Below, piece after piece: positions 30,891 to 39,206 of a DNA stretch of 64,000 nt; the first letter of the stretch is position 1, and each line of letters opens with the position of its first letter. The position numbers and the translations under genes are program-made. Under the pieces are notes generated by a model. It was not told the origin of the DNA, did no database searches, and worked only from the letters and a program-made list of their open reading frames with translations. This DNA comes from Myxococcota bacterium (GTDB taxonomy: Bacteria; Myxococcota_A; UBA796; CAJQPC01): the NCBI GenBank assembly GCA_036229005.1, contig JAZAMN010000031.1, forward strand, positions 1 to 64,000, written 5' to 3'.

Positions 30891-31859
30891 TCAGGGCTCC
30901 ATCCCCACCTGAGTGACCTGGGCGCTGGGCTGCGCGGGGTCAAAGTGCAGGTCCCGTTGGAGGCTGCGCCACATTGGCAGACCGTTGCGCTCAAAGCTGG
31001 TGTAGACCCAGCGCTCCAGCGCGCCGCGGGTGGCCTCGCCGAAGGGCTCGGTGCAGCCCCAGACTTGGACGTGGTCCACGTGGCCCTGGGGGTGGACCCG
31101 GATGCGAGCGGTGCACACAGCCTCCTCCTCCTGCCCCTGGGGATAGGTGGGCGCGACCCAGGCGGTGGGCTCGCCGAGGGCCTTGTTCACCGAGTCGGGC
31201 GTGTGGGTGGGCTCCGCGTAGGCCCAGACCAGGTTGGGCTGGTCCCCTTCGGCGCTGCAGTCCTGGGTGTGCTCGAAGCGGAGCTTGTAGGTCTCGGCCT
31301 CCCCGGTGCCCAGAGTCTTGAAGCCTTCCAGCGCCTCGAACGCGGGCCCCGCCATCCCCAGGTCACAGTCGCCCAGCTCCGTGGCTTCCACGCGGCCATC
31401 CGGGCCGACCTTCTTCTTGACCACGCACGCACCACAGCGGCCCTGGGCGCGGGCCCAGTCGAACGAGGGCTCCCGCGGCGCTGCCTCCTGCTCTCTGGGT
31501 TGGGGCCCATCGAGGTGGAACTCGAACGACTGGACGAAGGTGAAGGGCACCTTCTCCCCGTCGACCTTGAGGGGGAAGTAGGTGCTGGTGCTGGCCGCGC
31601 GCAGGACCTCGGGGACGAACACCTCCGGGCACTCGACAATCTGGGTCTCGGTGACCTTGCCGCGCGCGTCAACCCACACCCGCACGCTGCAGCGGCCCTC
31701 GATCCCCGCCTCCCGGGCGGCCTCTGGATAGCGGGGACGCCGGATGCGCCTTTGGGTGATGGCCTGGAAGTGGAGCTCCTTGTAGGAGCCCTCCTCTTGG
31801 GCGGGCGCCTGGTCGTCCGCGTCGGCGGCCAGCAGGTTCAGGAGCAGCAGCGGCAGCAT
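30891..31859 (-). CDS. Exported protein with tandem TonB C-terminal domains
   Basis: PRYPEAAREAGIEGRCSVRVWVDARG and a second PTYPQG...RIRVHPQG..ALERWVY domain; hydrophobic N-terminus. Confidence 0.8.
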   Translation of the reverse strand: MLPLLLLNLLAADADDQAPAQEEGSYKELHFQAITQRRIRRPRYPEAAREAGIEGRCSVRVWVDARGKVTETQIVECPEVFVPEVLRAASTSTYFPLKVDGEKVPFTFVQSFEFHLDGPQPREQEAAPREPSFDWARAQGRCGACVVKKKVGPDGRVEATELGDCDLGMAGPAFEALEGFKTLGTGEAETYKLRFEHTQDCSAEGDQPNLVWAYAEPTHTPDSVNKALGEPTAWVAPTYPQGQEEEAVCTARIRVHPQGHVDHVQVWGCTEPFGEATRGALERWVYTSFERNGLPMWRSLQRDLHFDPAQPSAQVTQVGMEP

Positions 31860-31988
31860 GGGTCCCCCCGGGGGAAGCGCTGCGGGAGGATAGCGCAGAC
31901 GCGGACGCGGTGGGGACGCGGATCGCCGCACCTCGCGGGGGGTGCAGAGCAGACAGAGCCAACCTGTGGGACCGAAGCCCCATAGGTT

Positions 31989-32444
31989 GGGTTGAAGTCT
32001 CCCGTAAGCCGGGTCCTGTTCCTCCCTTGGGTCACCCCGACAGGAGGCAGCGTTCATTCGTCTAGGGCCCCTGTTGCCAGAGGCCTCGAGCGGTCCACCG
32101 GAGAGACGGGGACGGGCCGCCCACTGCTCTCACTTCGACCTTGCACCAGCTGGGGTTTACCTGGCCGCCCCTGTCACCAGGAGCGCCGGTGGGCTCTTAC
32201 TCCACCGTTTCGACCTTACCCGGAGACTGGCTCCGCCGGTCCTGCGCGGCCCCGTGCCCTTGTGCTCAAGGGATTGGCCCGCGTGGGTGCCGGAGCGGGT
32301 CTTGCGACCCCTGGCGGTTCTGCTTTCTGTTGCACTTGCCTTCGAGTCACCTCGACCGGCCGTTAGCCGGCAACCTGCCCTGCGGTGCCCGGACTTTCCT
32401 CCCGTGGCGGATGCCACCGGCGAACGCCTGGTCCACTTCAACCC
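31989..32444 (-). ncRNA. rnpB: RNase P RNA (type A)
   Basis: The minus strand reads GAGGAAAGTCCGGGC, AGTGCAACAGAAAG, GGTCGAAACGGTGGAGTAAGAGCCCACC, GGTAAACCCC and ACAGGACCCGGCTTA. The P1 termini are complementary (GGGTTGAAGT/ACTTCAACCC). Confidence 0.97.
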
Positions 32445-32511
32445 CCCGCTGATAACAAGCGCGCCCGCTTTGGGCAGGTCCGGGGCGGCGCTCGGCGCAT
32501 GGAGCGGGTGC

Positions 32512-33207
32512 TCAGCGGATCTCGCCCAGGATGCGGCCGCAGTGGCGGCAGAACATGACCTCGACCGCGCGGCGGTGGTCGGAGAGGTCGGTCGCGTTGA
32601 CCTGCATGTTGCAGCCCCCGCAGGCGTCGCCGTTGACCGGCACGATGGCCGGACGCCGCTTCTTGCGCAGGTTGTCGTAGCGCTGGAGCAGATCCCGCCA
32701 GATGCCCTCCCGGGCCGCGTCCCGCTCGGCCGTGGCCGCGTCGAACTCCGCCTTCAAGCTGGGGTAGCGATCGTCGTAGGCCCTCTGGGCGCCCTGGTGC
32801 TGGCTGCTGACCAGCGCCTGGGTCTGGGTGGCGCGCTCCAGCGCCTCGGTGGCCTCGTCCAGGGCCTCCATCAGCTCCAGCTCCTGGGTCTCCAGATCGT
32901 CCAGGATCTGGCTGCACTTCTGGAACTGCGCGGTGGCCGCCTCGTAGTCGCCGATGCCCTGATCGATGCTGCGCTGCGCCCGGTCGCGCTGCTTCTCGTA
33001 GGTCTCGGCCTGGCGGTGGACCTCCTTCTCCTGGGTCTTGAGCTCCGCGAGCCTGGCGGTGGCCTCGCTGAGCACCTGCTCCGCCTTGACCGCAGCCTCC
33101 GCCCGGTCGGCGATCCGCGCCTTGAGCCCGCGAGACTCCTCCAACAGGGCGTCCCGGGCCAGGTCCTTTCGCCAGAGGGCCTCAAGCTTGAGTGAGTCTT
33201 CGTGCAC
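32512..33207 (-). CDS. C4-type zinc-ribbon coiled-coil protein (DUF164/CT398-like)
   Basis: Long coiled coil followed by LLQRYDNLRKK...ACGGCNM...FCRHCGRIL. GGAGG RBS before the GTG. Confidence 0.88.
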   Translation of the reverse strand: MHEDSLKLEALWRKDLARDALLEESRGLKARIADRAEAAVKAEQVLSEATARLAELKTQEKEVHRQAETYEKQRDRAQRSIDQGIGDYEAATAQFQKCSQILDDLETQELELMEALDEATEALERATQTQALVSSQHQGAQRAYDDRYPSLKAEFDAATAERDAAREGIWRDLLQRYDNLRKKRRPAIVPVNGDACGGCNMQVNATDLSDHRRAVEVMFCRHCGRILGEIR

Positions 33208-33288
33208 CGCTGCCTCCGCGCGCCCCGGGCTTGGGGCCGTCCGGAGAGTGTACCCGCGGCGGCCATCGCCGGTTAGTCCACCCCGCGC

Positions 33289-33362
33289 GGGCCTATAGCT
33301 CAATTGGTCAGAGCATCCGGCTCATACCCGGCGGGTTCCAGGTTCGAGTCCTGGTGGGCCTA
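33289..33362 (+). tRNA. tRNA with CAT anticodon, most likely tRNA-Ile2 (lysidine)
   Basis: GGGCCTA acceptor with C4-G69/C5-G68, D arm AGCTCAATTGGTCAGAGC, anticodon loop CTCATAC and T arm CCAGG-TTCGAGT-CCTGG. CCA is not encoded. Confidence 0.92.
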
Positions 33363-33462
33363 TACCGGGGGCGCAGTCCCAGAACGCGGGCTGCGTCCCC
33401 ATTCACGCGTGCAAGGGAGGGAAGGTGGCCCCGTCCCGGTAGCCACTGGTAGACTGGGTCCC

Positions 33463-33939
33463 ATGCTTGTTCTTTTTTGCGCTATCACCTGGGCTATCAC
33501 GCAAACTCAGTTTGAGGACTGGAAGCTAACTGAAGCGGAGGAGTGGTCCAGCGCCTCTACCCAGTCCCGAAGAGGAACCCCGGGAATCGGCATTGGGGCG
33601 GGCTGTGAGTCAGGCGTGCTCAACCTCTCGCTAACGAATGTCGCACTTCTAATGACCGGCCAAGTTGGGTATCAGACCCACCTCAGCTACGACGGTGGTG
33701 AGGTCTGGCATGAAGTCGACGACATGAACGTCGGCGTCGAACACCTCGACAGGTGGATGGACCCCAAGACTACGGTGGTTCACGTCCGCTGGACGATTCG
33801 CGAAGGCACGGTGTTCGAGGAGTTCAGTATGGCCGGGGCAGCGGAGGCCCTGACGCCGGTGGCCACCCGCTGCGGGGTGCCGATTCCGGTTTCGAAGCCG
33901 CAACCATCCGCCGACGGCTCTCCCTGGGGACCGCTGTGA
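33463..33939 (+). CDS. Hypothetical exported protein in a lower-GC islet after the tRNA
   Basis: Signal-like MLVLFCAITWA, two further Cys and atypical codon usage. Confidence 0.5.
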   Translation: MLVLFCAITWAITQTQFEDWKLTEAEEWSSASTQSRRGTPGIGIGAGCESGVLNLSLTNVALLMTGQVGYQTHLSYDGGEVWHEVDDMNVGVEHLDRWMDPKTTVVHVRWTIREGTVFEEFSMAGAAEALTPVATRCGVPIPVSKPQPSADGSPWGPL

Positions 33940-34091
33940 GAATCTCAATTGCTACACACATGCCGTGGCTGTCTCGCGAAGTCGCCAACCCTCGACGTGA
34001 ACTGGACGAGAAGTAGCCTGGGCGAAAAGGTGGAGCGGTTCCCCTCACTTTCCGCCGGTCGTTGGAGGCTGGCCCCTCCCCCGCTGAGCGC

Positions 34092-34334
34092 TCACCCCGG
34101 GAGCCCCGACCCCAGCGCCTGATAGCGCCAGCCCTCCATCAGGCTCTCGCCGTCCTCCGTCGTCTCGCTGTAGCTGACCTTCTCGATCCAGTCGCCGGGC
34201 ATCTCCGCCACCTCCTGGCGGGTCTCGCGGATGGCCCGGGCCAGCTCCGGCTGGATGGGCTGCCAGTAGGTGATCTGGTCGTCGAGCGCCTGGAGGACGG
34301 TCGCCTTGGGGAGGATGTGGAGGGTCTGCGCCAT
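34092..34334 (-). CDS. Small hypothetical protein (80 aa)
   Basis: MAQTLHILPKATVLQALDDQITYWQP...; strong GC3 bias. It is the 3' part of the otherwise spurious 34092..37199 ORF. Confidence 0.6.
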   Translation of the reverse strand: MAQTLHILPKATVLQALDDQITYWQPIQPELARAIRETRQEVAEMPGDWIEKVSYSETTEDGESLMEGWRYQALGSGLPG

Positions 34335-34418
34335 GGCCGCATCATAGGCACGCCCCTGCGCTGCGTCAGCCCCCCGCCTGACCCTGCAACCCCAGCGGCT
34401 TAGCAGAATCCCTGCACC

Positions 34419-36590
34419 ATGGACTTCTCCCCCCGAAATGGCCTGCGCCCCCGACCGATCCTGGACCGCCGCCACCAGAGCACGGTCCCCGGGGTCTATG
34501 TCGCCGGCGATCTGGCCGACGCCCCCGTCATCAAGCTGGCGATGCACCAGGGCGCCCAGCTCGCCCGCCAGATCTGGGACCAGGACCTCCGCGCCACCTC
34601 CACAGACGACCCCGAGCTGCTCGACCTGCTGATCGTCGGCGCTGGCCCCGCAGGCATCGGCGCCGCCCTGGAGCTGCTGGACACCCCCGCCCGGATCCGG
34701 GTCCTGGAGAAGGACCGCCCCTTCTCCACCCTGCGCGCCTTCCCCGCCGGAAAGGTGCTCTTCGCCGAGCCCCGCACCCTCCCCACCCCCGGTGGCCTCC
34801 CCTTCGAGGACGGCAGGACCGAGGAGCTGCTGGCCCAGTGGGACCGCTTCCTGGACCACCGCTCCCTGCCTCTGGAGCGCTCGGAGCTCCTGGGACTGGA
34901 GCCCACCGGCGAGGTCATCCTGGCGCAGACCGCCCAAGGCCCCGTGCGCTGCCGGCGCGTGCTCCTGGCCACCGGCCGCCGCGGACAGCCCAACACCCTG
35001 GGCGTCCCCGGCGAGCAGCGGGTGCGCTACCAGCTCGCCGACCCCGCGCAGCACAGCGGTCAGCGCGTGCTGGTCGTGGGCGGCGGGGACTCGGCGGTGG
35101 AGGCCGCCTGCGATCTGGCCGAGGCCGGCGCGGACGTCACCCTGAGCTACCGCCGGGCGCAGCTCTCCCGGCCCAAGCCCAAGAACAAGGCGCGCATCCA
35201 GGACGCGAGCGAGCGCGGGCTGCTCAAGCTGGAGCTCGGCACCACGGTGACCTCGGTGGGGGCGCAGAGTGTGACGCTGGCGCGCGGGGACCAGCCCGTC
35301 GAGGTGGTGAGCGACGAGGTGTTGGTGCAGGCCGGCGCCCGCTTGCCCACCCCCTTCCTGCACAAGCTGGGGCTGCGGGCCGAGGGCGAGCGCACCTGGC
35401 TGCAGTGGGCGTGGATGCCCTTCTTCGCGCTGCTGGTCTACGCGTTCTACGTGCTCAAGTCGGGCACCGACTACGACGCCGAGCTGGGGATGCACGTGGC
35501 CAAGAAGGCCTTCTTCCCCTTTGGGCCCGGCCAGCCGCTGGACTTCGTGCCGGACCTGCTGCACGTGGACCTGGGCTTCCGCGAGGTGGACGGCGCGTTC
35601 TGGGGGACCGCGCTCTACTCTGGGTTGATCCTGGTCTTTGGGCTTCGCGCGATGTGGCGCTACCGGGAGAGCCGGGTGCAGCGCTGGCGCTACCTGTCGC
35701 TGATCAGCTTCCAGCTCCTGTTCCTGTTCGGCATCCCCGAGCTGCTCGCGCCGGCCATCATCCACGCCGGCGGCGAGGGCGGCTGGGCCTGGCAGCTCTT
35801 TGGCGGCGACCGCGCCTGGAAGCTCTACAGCATCACGGTCCCCTGGCCGCTCAACATCTGGGCGCTGATCGACGCGCCCGCCTGGATGGCCACCGAGAGC
35901 GCCGTCACCGCAGGGCTCTGGCTGGCCGTGGCCGCGCTGGTCAGCTTCGTGGGCATCCCGCTCTTTGTGTGGCGCCACGGCGAGCGCTTCTGCTCCTGGG
36001 CCTGCGGCTGCGGCGGGCTCGCGGAGACCCTGGGCGATCTGTGGCGCCACCTGGCCCCGCGCGGCGCCGACGCCATCAAGGCCGAGTGGGCTGGGCGCGC
36101 CATCTTCTTCCTGGCCATCCCCACCACCGCCCTGCTGGTGGCCGACGCCTGGGGCCTGCTCTGGCACGGCCTGGGCAGCGTGAAGGGCTTCGCCGGCTGG
36201 TGGTACCCCCTGATGGTGGACTTCTGGCTGGCCAGCGTGGTCGGCGTCGCGCTCTACCCGCTGCTGGGCAACCGCGTGTGGTGCCGCTTCTTCTGCCCGC
36301 TGCGGGCCTACATGGAGCTGCTGGCGCGGCGCTTCTCCAGGGTGGGCATCCAGGCGGACGACACCTGCATCTCCTGCGGCGAGTGCACCCGCTACTGCCA
36401 GATGGGCATCGACGTGGAGTCCTACGCCCAGCAGCAGCGCCCCCTGGACAACCGCAGCAGCTCCTGCATCCAGTGCGGCATCTGCATCGAGGTCTGCCCG
36501 ATGGACGTGCTCTCCATCGGGGAGGCGGGCGCGCCGGTGCAGATCCAGGTGGGCGCGGTGGCCCCGGGGCCGAGCTCCTGTCGGCGCTGA
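34419..36590 (+). CDS. FAD/NAD(P)H oxidoreductase fused to a membrane 4Fe-4S (NapH/RdxA-like) domain
   Basis: GAGPAG, ATGRRG, VGGGDSAVE, several TMs, FCSWACGCGG, WCRFFCP and two CxxCxxCxxxC motifs. Confidence 0.85.
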   Translation: MDFSPRNGLRPRPILDRRHQSTVPGVYVAGDLADAPVIKLAMHQGAQLARQIWDQDLRATSTDDPELLDLLIVGAGPAGIGAALELLDTPARIRVLEKDRPFSTLRAFPAGKVLFAEPRTLPTPGGLPFEDGRTEELLAQWDRFLDHRSLPLERSELLGLEPTGEVILAQTAQGPVRCRRVLLATGRRGQPNTLGVPGEQRVRYQLADPAQHSGQRVLVVGGGDSAVEAACDLAEAGADVTLSYRRAQLSRPKPKNKARIQDASERGLLKLELGTTVTSVGAQSVTLARGDQPVEVVSDEVLVQAGARLPTPFLHKLGLRAEGERTWLQWAWMPFFALLVYAFYVLKSGTDYDAELGMHVAKKAFFPFGPGQPLDFVPDLLHVDLGFREVDGAFWGTALYSGLILVFGLRAMWRYRESRVQRWRYLSLISFQLLFLFGIPELLAPAIIHAGGEGGWAWQLFGGDRAWKLYSITVPWPLNIWALIDAPAWMATESAVTAGLWLAVAALVSFVGIPLFVWRHGERFCSWACGCGGLAETLGDLWRHLAPRGADAIKAEWAGRAIFFLAIPTTALLVADAWGLLWHGLGSVKGFAGWWYPLMVDFWLASVVGVALYPLLGNRVWCRFFCPLRAYMELLARRFSRVGIQADDTCISCGECTRYCQMGIDVESYAQQQRPLDNRSSSCIQCGICIEVCPMDVLSIGEAGAPVQIQVGAVAPGPSSCRR

Positions 36591-36632
36591 GGGGTGGCGG
36601 CGAGCGCCCGGCAGCGCGTGTAGACTCCGGCC

Positions 36633-37508
36633 ATGATCTGGTTTGTCCTCGCCTGCACCGCAGAGCCTGAGCCGGCCCCGGAGGCCCCGCCCGTCCAAGC
36701 GGTGGAGACCCCCGTGGAGACCGCCCCAGAGCCCCTCGCCACCCAACAGCAGGAGCTGCCGCCCGGGGTGGACCTGCCCTGGCCCGCCGAGCTGCCCTGC
36801 GCCCAGTTCCAGAGCGTCCAGCTCACCCAGGCCTGGCTCTCCGACCCTCAAGGCGAGGCCATCGTCTCCCCCGGCCACGAGACGGCGCGCTACGTGGCGG
36901 CCAGCGGCTTCTCCCCCAAGGCGGTGGGCCAGCTCCACCCCGAGAGCGACCGCGCCCACCTGCAGGCCCAGTGCTCCGACCCCCGCGAGGCCCTGCATTG
37001 GGTGTGCACCCTGGAGGGCTGCACGCTGGAGGTCCAGCGCATCGCCGAGCGCCCCTCTCCACCAACCGCTTGGGCCAACGCCGACTTTGACGCCCTCTCC
37101 CGCAGCACCCCCAAGCCGGGGGACCCCAAGCTCCGCACGCTGGTCGAGCAGGGGAAGGGAGCGATGATCGGGCTGCTTCAGGGCTGTCAGGCCCAACACT
37201 GCAACAGCCAGGAGCTGGTCACCCGCCTGGAGGGACTCTCGACCGCCGGCGAGGCCACGCTGAGGCAGACCGCCCCCTGGAAGATGGCCTACACCGAGGG
37301 CGCGCAGGAGCTGCTGCTGAGCTGCACGCCACAGTCCTGTCAGCTCCAGGTCTTTGACGCGCAGGGCTACCTGGGGCGCCTCGACATCAGCGCGGAGGCC
37401 ACGGCGCTGTACCTGCCCGGCGGCGACCGGCTGGACTACCGGGAGTCGCGGAATGGCCCCCGGGTGGCGTTCACGGGGACCCTGGCTCAGGCGCCGGCTT
37501 CACCGTGA
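36633..37508 (+). CDS. Hypothetical lipoprotein
   Basis: MIWFVLAC lipobox-like start, Pro-rich linker and several Cys. Confidence 0.6.
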   Translation: MIWFVLACTAEPEPAPEAPPVQAVETPVETAPEPLATQQQELPPGVDLPWPAELPCAQFQSVQLTQAWLSDPQGEAIVSPGHETARYVAASGFSPKAVGQLHPESDRAHLQAQCSDPREALHWVCTLEGCTLEVQRIAERPSPPTAWANADFDALSRSTPKPGDPKLRTLVEQGKGAMIGLLQGCQAQHCNSQELVTRLEGLSTAGEATLRQTAPWKMAYTEGAQELLLSCTPQSCQLQVFDAQGYLGRLDISAEATALYLPGGDRLDYRESRNGPRVAFTGTLAQAPASP

Positions 37509-39159
37509 AGCGGTAGGTCTGGGCCGCCGCGCGCAGGGCCTTGGGGTCGTGCCGGTGGGCGGTGGTCATCCGGTCGGCCTCCCAGGCGTAGGGGGCGTCG
37601 TTGAGCAGGATGCGGCCCTCGGCCAGCGCGCGGGTGGTGGTGTCCAGAGGGAGCGCGCGGGTGTCGCGGATCAAGGCGACGAAGCGGGCCTGGCGCTCCA
37701 GGGTCTGGAAGGAGAACTCGTAGCGCGCGGTGTAGGCCACGTGGAACCAGCTCGGCTGCATGGCGACGCCGGCCATGCCCAGGCGGCGGGCCATGCGACG
37801 CAGGACCTCGCCGGCCTCCAGGGCCATGCCCAGCCCGGGGGCGTCCTGGCCGGGGAGCCTGGGCCGCCGGTGGGTGAACTGCCCGTGGGGGTTGCGCAGG
37901 GTGAGCCAGTGCACGAACAGGTAGGGCTCGCCGTCGATGGTCTCGGCGGAGAGGGTGGACTCGACCAACATGTGGCGCTCGCCCTCGGACTCGCCGATGA
38001 GCCGCATGCGGTCGCCCATGGGCAGCGCGTCGACCAGCACCTCGAAGCGCCGGAAGCCCAGGCGCTGCAGGTGGTCCAGGAAGCCGTACTCGTAGAGCGC
38101 GTGCTCGATGCCCTCGGCGGTGTAGTACCCCAGCATGCGGTCGCCGCTGCGGCCGTGGCCCAGCTCCTCGGCGATGCCGTAGCTGAGGTCGTCGTGGGCG
38201 AGCTGCTCTTCGCGCAGGCCGTGCCCGATGGCGGCGAAGCGGGCGCGCAGGGGGTTGAAGTCGGCGTCGATGACGGCGTTGCGCCCCAGGCCCACGGTGA
38301 CGGCGGTCCCGGCCAGGGCCCGCCACGCGTCGCGGCCCCCTCCCCCACCGGGCAAGTAGAGGCGGGAGCGGGAGGCCAGGGCCTGCTCCACCTTGAGGTC
38401 CCGCTCGCGCAGGGCGGCCAGGTCCAGATCGGGTCCCACCCCGGAGGCCAGGGCCTCGCTGCCGCACACCACAATGGTCAGGGCGCCCCGCGGCATCTCG
38501 TCCAGGGTCTGGTCCAGGGCCTCCAGCCACTGCTCGGCGCTGCCGCTGGGCGCCTTGTCGGAGACGCGGGCGGTCCAGACCTTGGGGACGCCCTCCAGGC
38601 AGGCGCGCAGGCCGGTGATGGGGGCCTCGCCGAGCTGGAGGACCACGACCTGGCCCCGAAAGCCCTCGGAGCGCAGGGCGGCGATCGCGGTGGCCACGTC
38701 GTTGAGCTGCGCGAGCCCGATTCCGCCGCGGGGGCCGGCCTCCACCCAGCCGCCGAGCAGGTTCAGGGCGGGTCCGCGGGAGCGGAGGGCCTTGCGCGCG
38801 GCCTCCAGGGTGCCGCCGCAGGCCATGCGCAGGGTGTGGGCGAGCTCCACGGCCGATGCGGCCTCGACGGGGGCGCCCAGGTGGGTGGCCAGGGACTCGG
38901 GCTCGCCGAGCTCTTCGAGCAGGTCCCCCTGGTGGACGCGGGCCAGGGAGCGGTAGGAGATGCGGCCGGGCTGGCGCAGCTCGCTGGTGGACATCTTCTC
39001 GGCCTGGGTCAGGTACCAGGCCACCCAGTCCGCGCGGCGCGGATCCACGCCCAGGCGGCGGGCGGACTGCAGCGGCGGCCGGTAGCAGGGGTCGTACCAG
39101 ATCGGCAGGCTGTCCTGGAACCACTGCCCCAAGGCGCCCAGCGGGCTGCTTCGCTTCAT
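37471..39159 (-). CDS. Histone-deacetylase-like fold fused to a conserved C-terminal domain; catalytic motifs degenerate
   Basis: LARVH, GGTLEAAR, NLLGG, LNDVATAI and LPGGG landmarks; C-terminal WLTLRNP...LPGQDAPGLG...PSWFHVA. Confidence 0.7.
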   Translation of the reverse strand: MKRSSPLGALGQWFQDSLPIWYDPCYRPPLQSARRLGVDPRRADWVAWYLTQAEKMSTSELRQPGRISYRSLARVHQGDLLEELGEPESLATHLGAPVEAASAVELAHTLRMACGGTLEAARKALRSRGPALNLLGGWVEAGPRGGIGLAQLNDVATAIAALRSEGFRGQVVVLQLGEAPITGLRACLEGVPKVWTARVSDKAPSGSAEQWLEALDQTLDEMPRGALTIVVCGSEALASGVGPDLDLAALRERDLKVEQALASRSRLYLPGGGGGRDAWRALAGTAVTVGLGRNAVIDADFNPLRARFAAIGHGLREEQLAHDDLSYGIAEELGHGRSGDRMLGYYTAEGIEHALYEYGFLDHLQRLGFRRFEVLVDALPMGDRMRLIGESEGERHMLVESTLSAETIDGEPYLFVHWLTLRNPHGQFTHRRPRLPGQDAPGLGMALEAGEVLRRMARRLGMAGVAMQPSWFHVAYTARYEFSFQTLERQARFVALIRDTRALPLDTTTRALAEGRILLNDAPYAWEADRMTTAHRHDPKALRAAAQTYRFTVKPAPEPGSP

Positions 39160-39206
39160 CGACCCTCCGCGGGCGGTCGCGCCCGGTCCAGGGTAGCGTG
39201 AATGGG

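Noticed and set aside
31992..32452. ORFs overlapping rnpB (31992..32366, 32141..32452, 32157..32441)
   Set aside because: The region is fully explained by the RNase P RNA.
33289..33362. tRNA-Met (initiator or elongator) assignment
   Set aside because: There is no C1:A72 mismatch or run of three G-C anticodon-stem pairs, and the acceptor stem is of the Ile2 type. Elongator Met is less likely but not formally excluded.
33363..34091. Integrated prophage or ICE at the tRNA
   Set aside because: No integrase, att duplication or phage genes are visible.
34335..37199. Most of the 1035-aa minus-strand ORF
   Set aside because: Antisense to the oxidoreductase and lipoprotein genes; only the last 80 codons look like a real gene.
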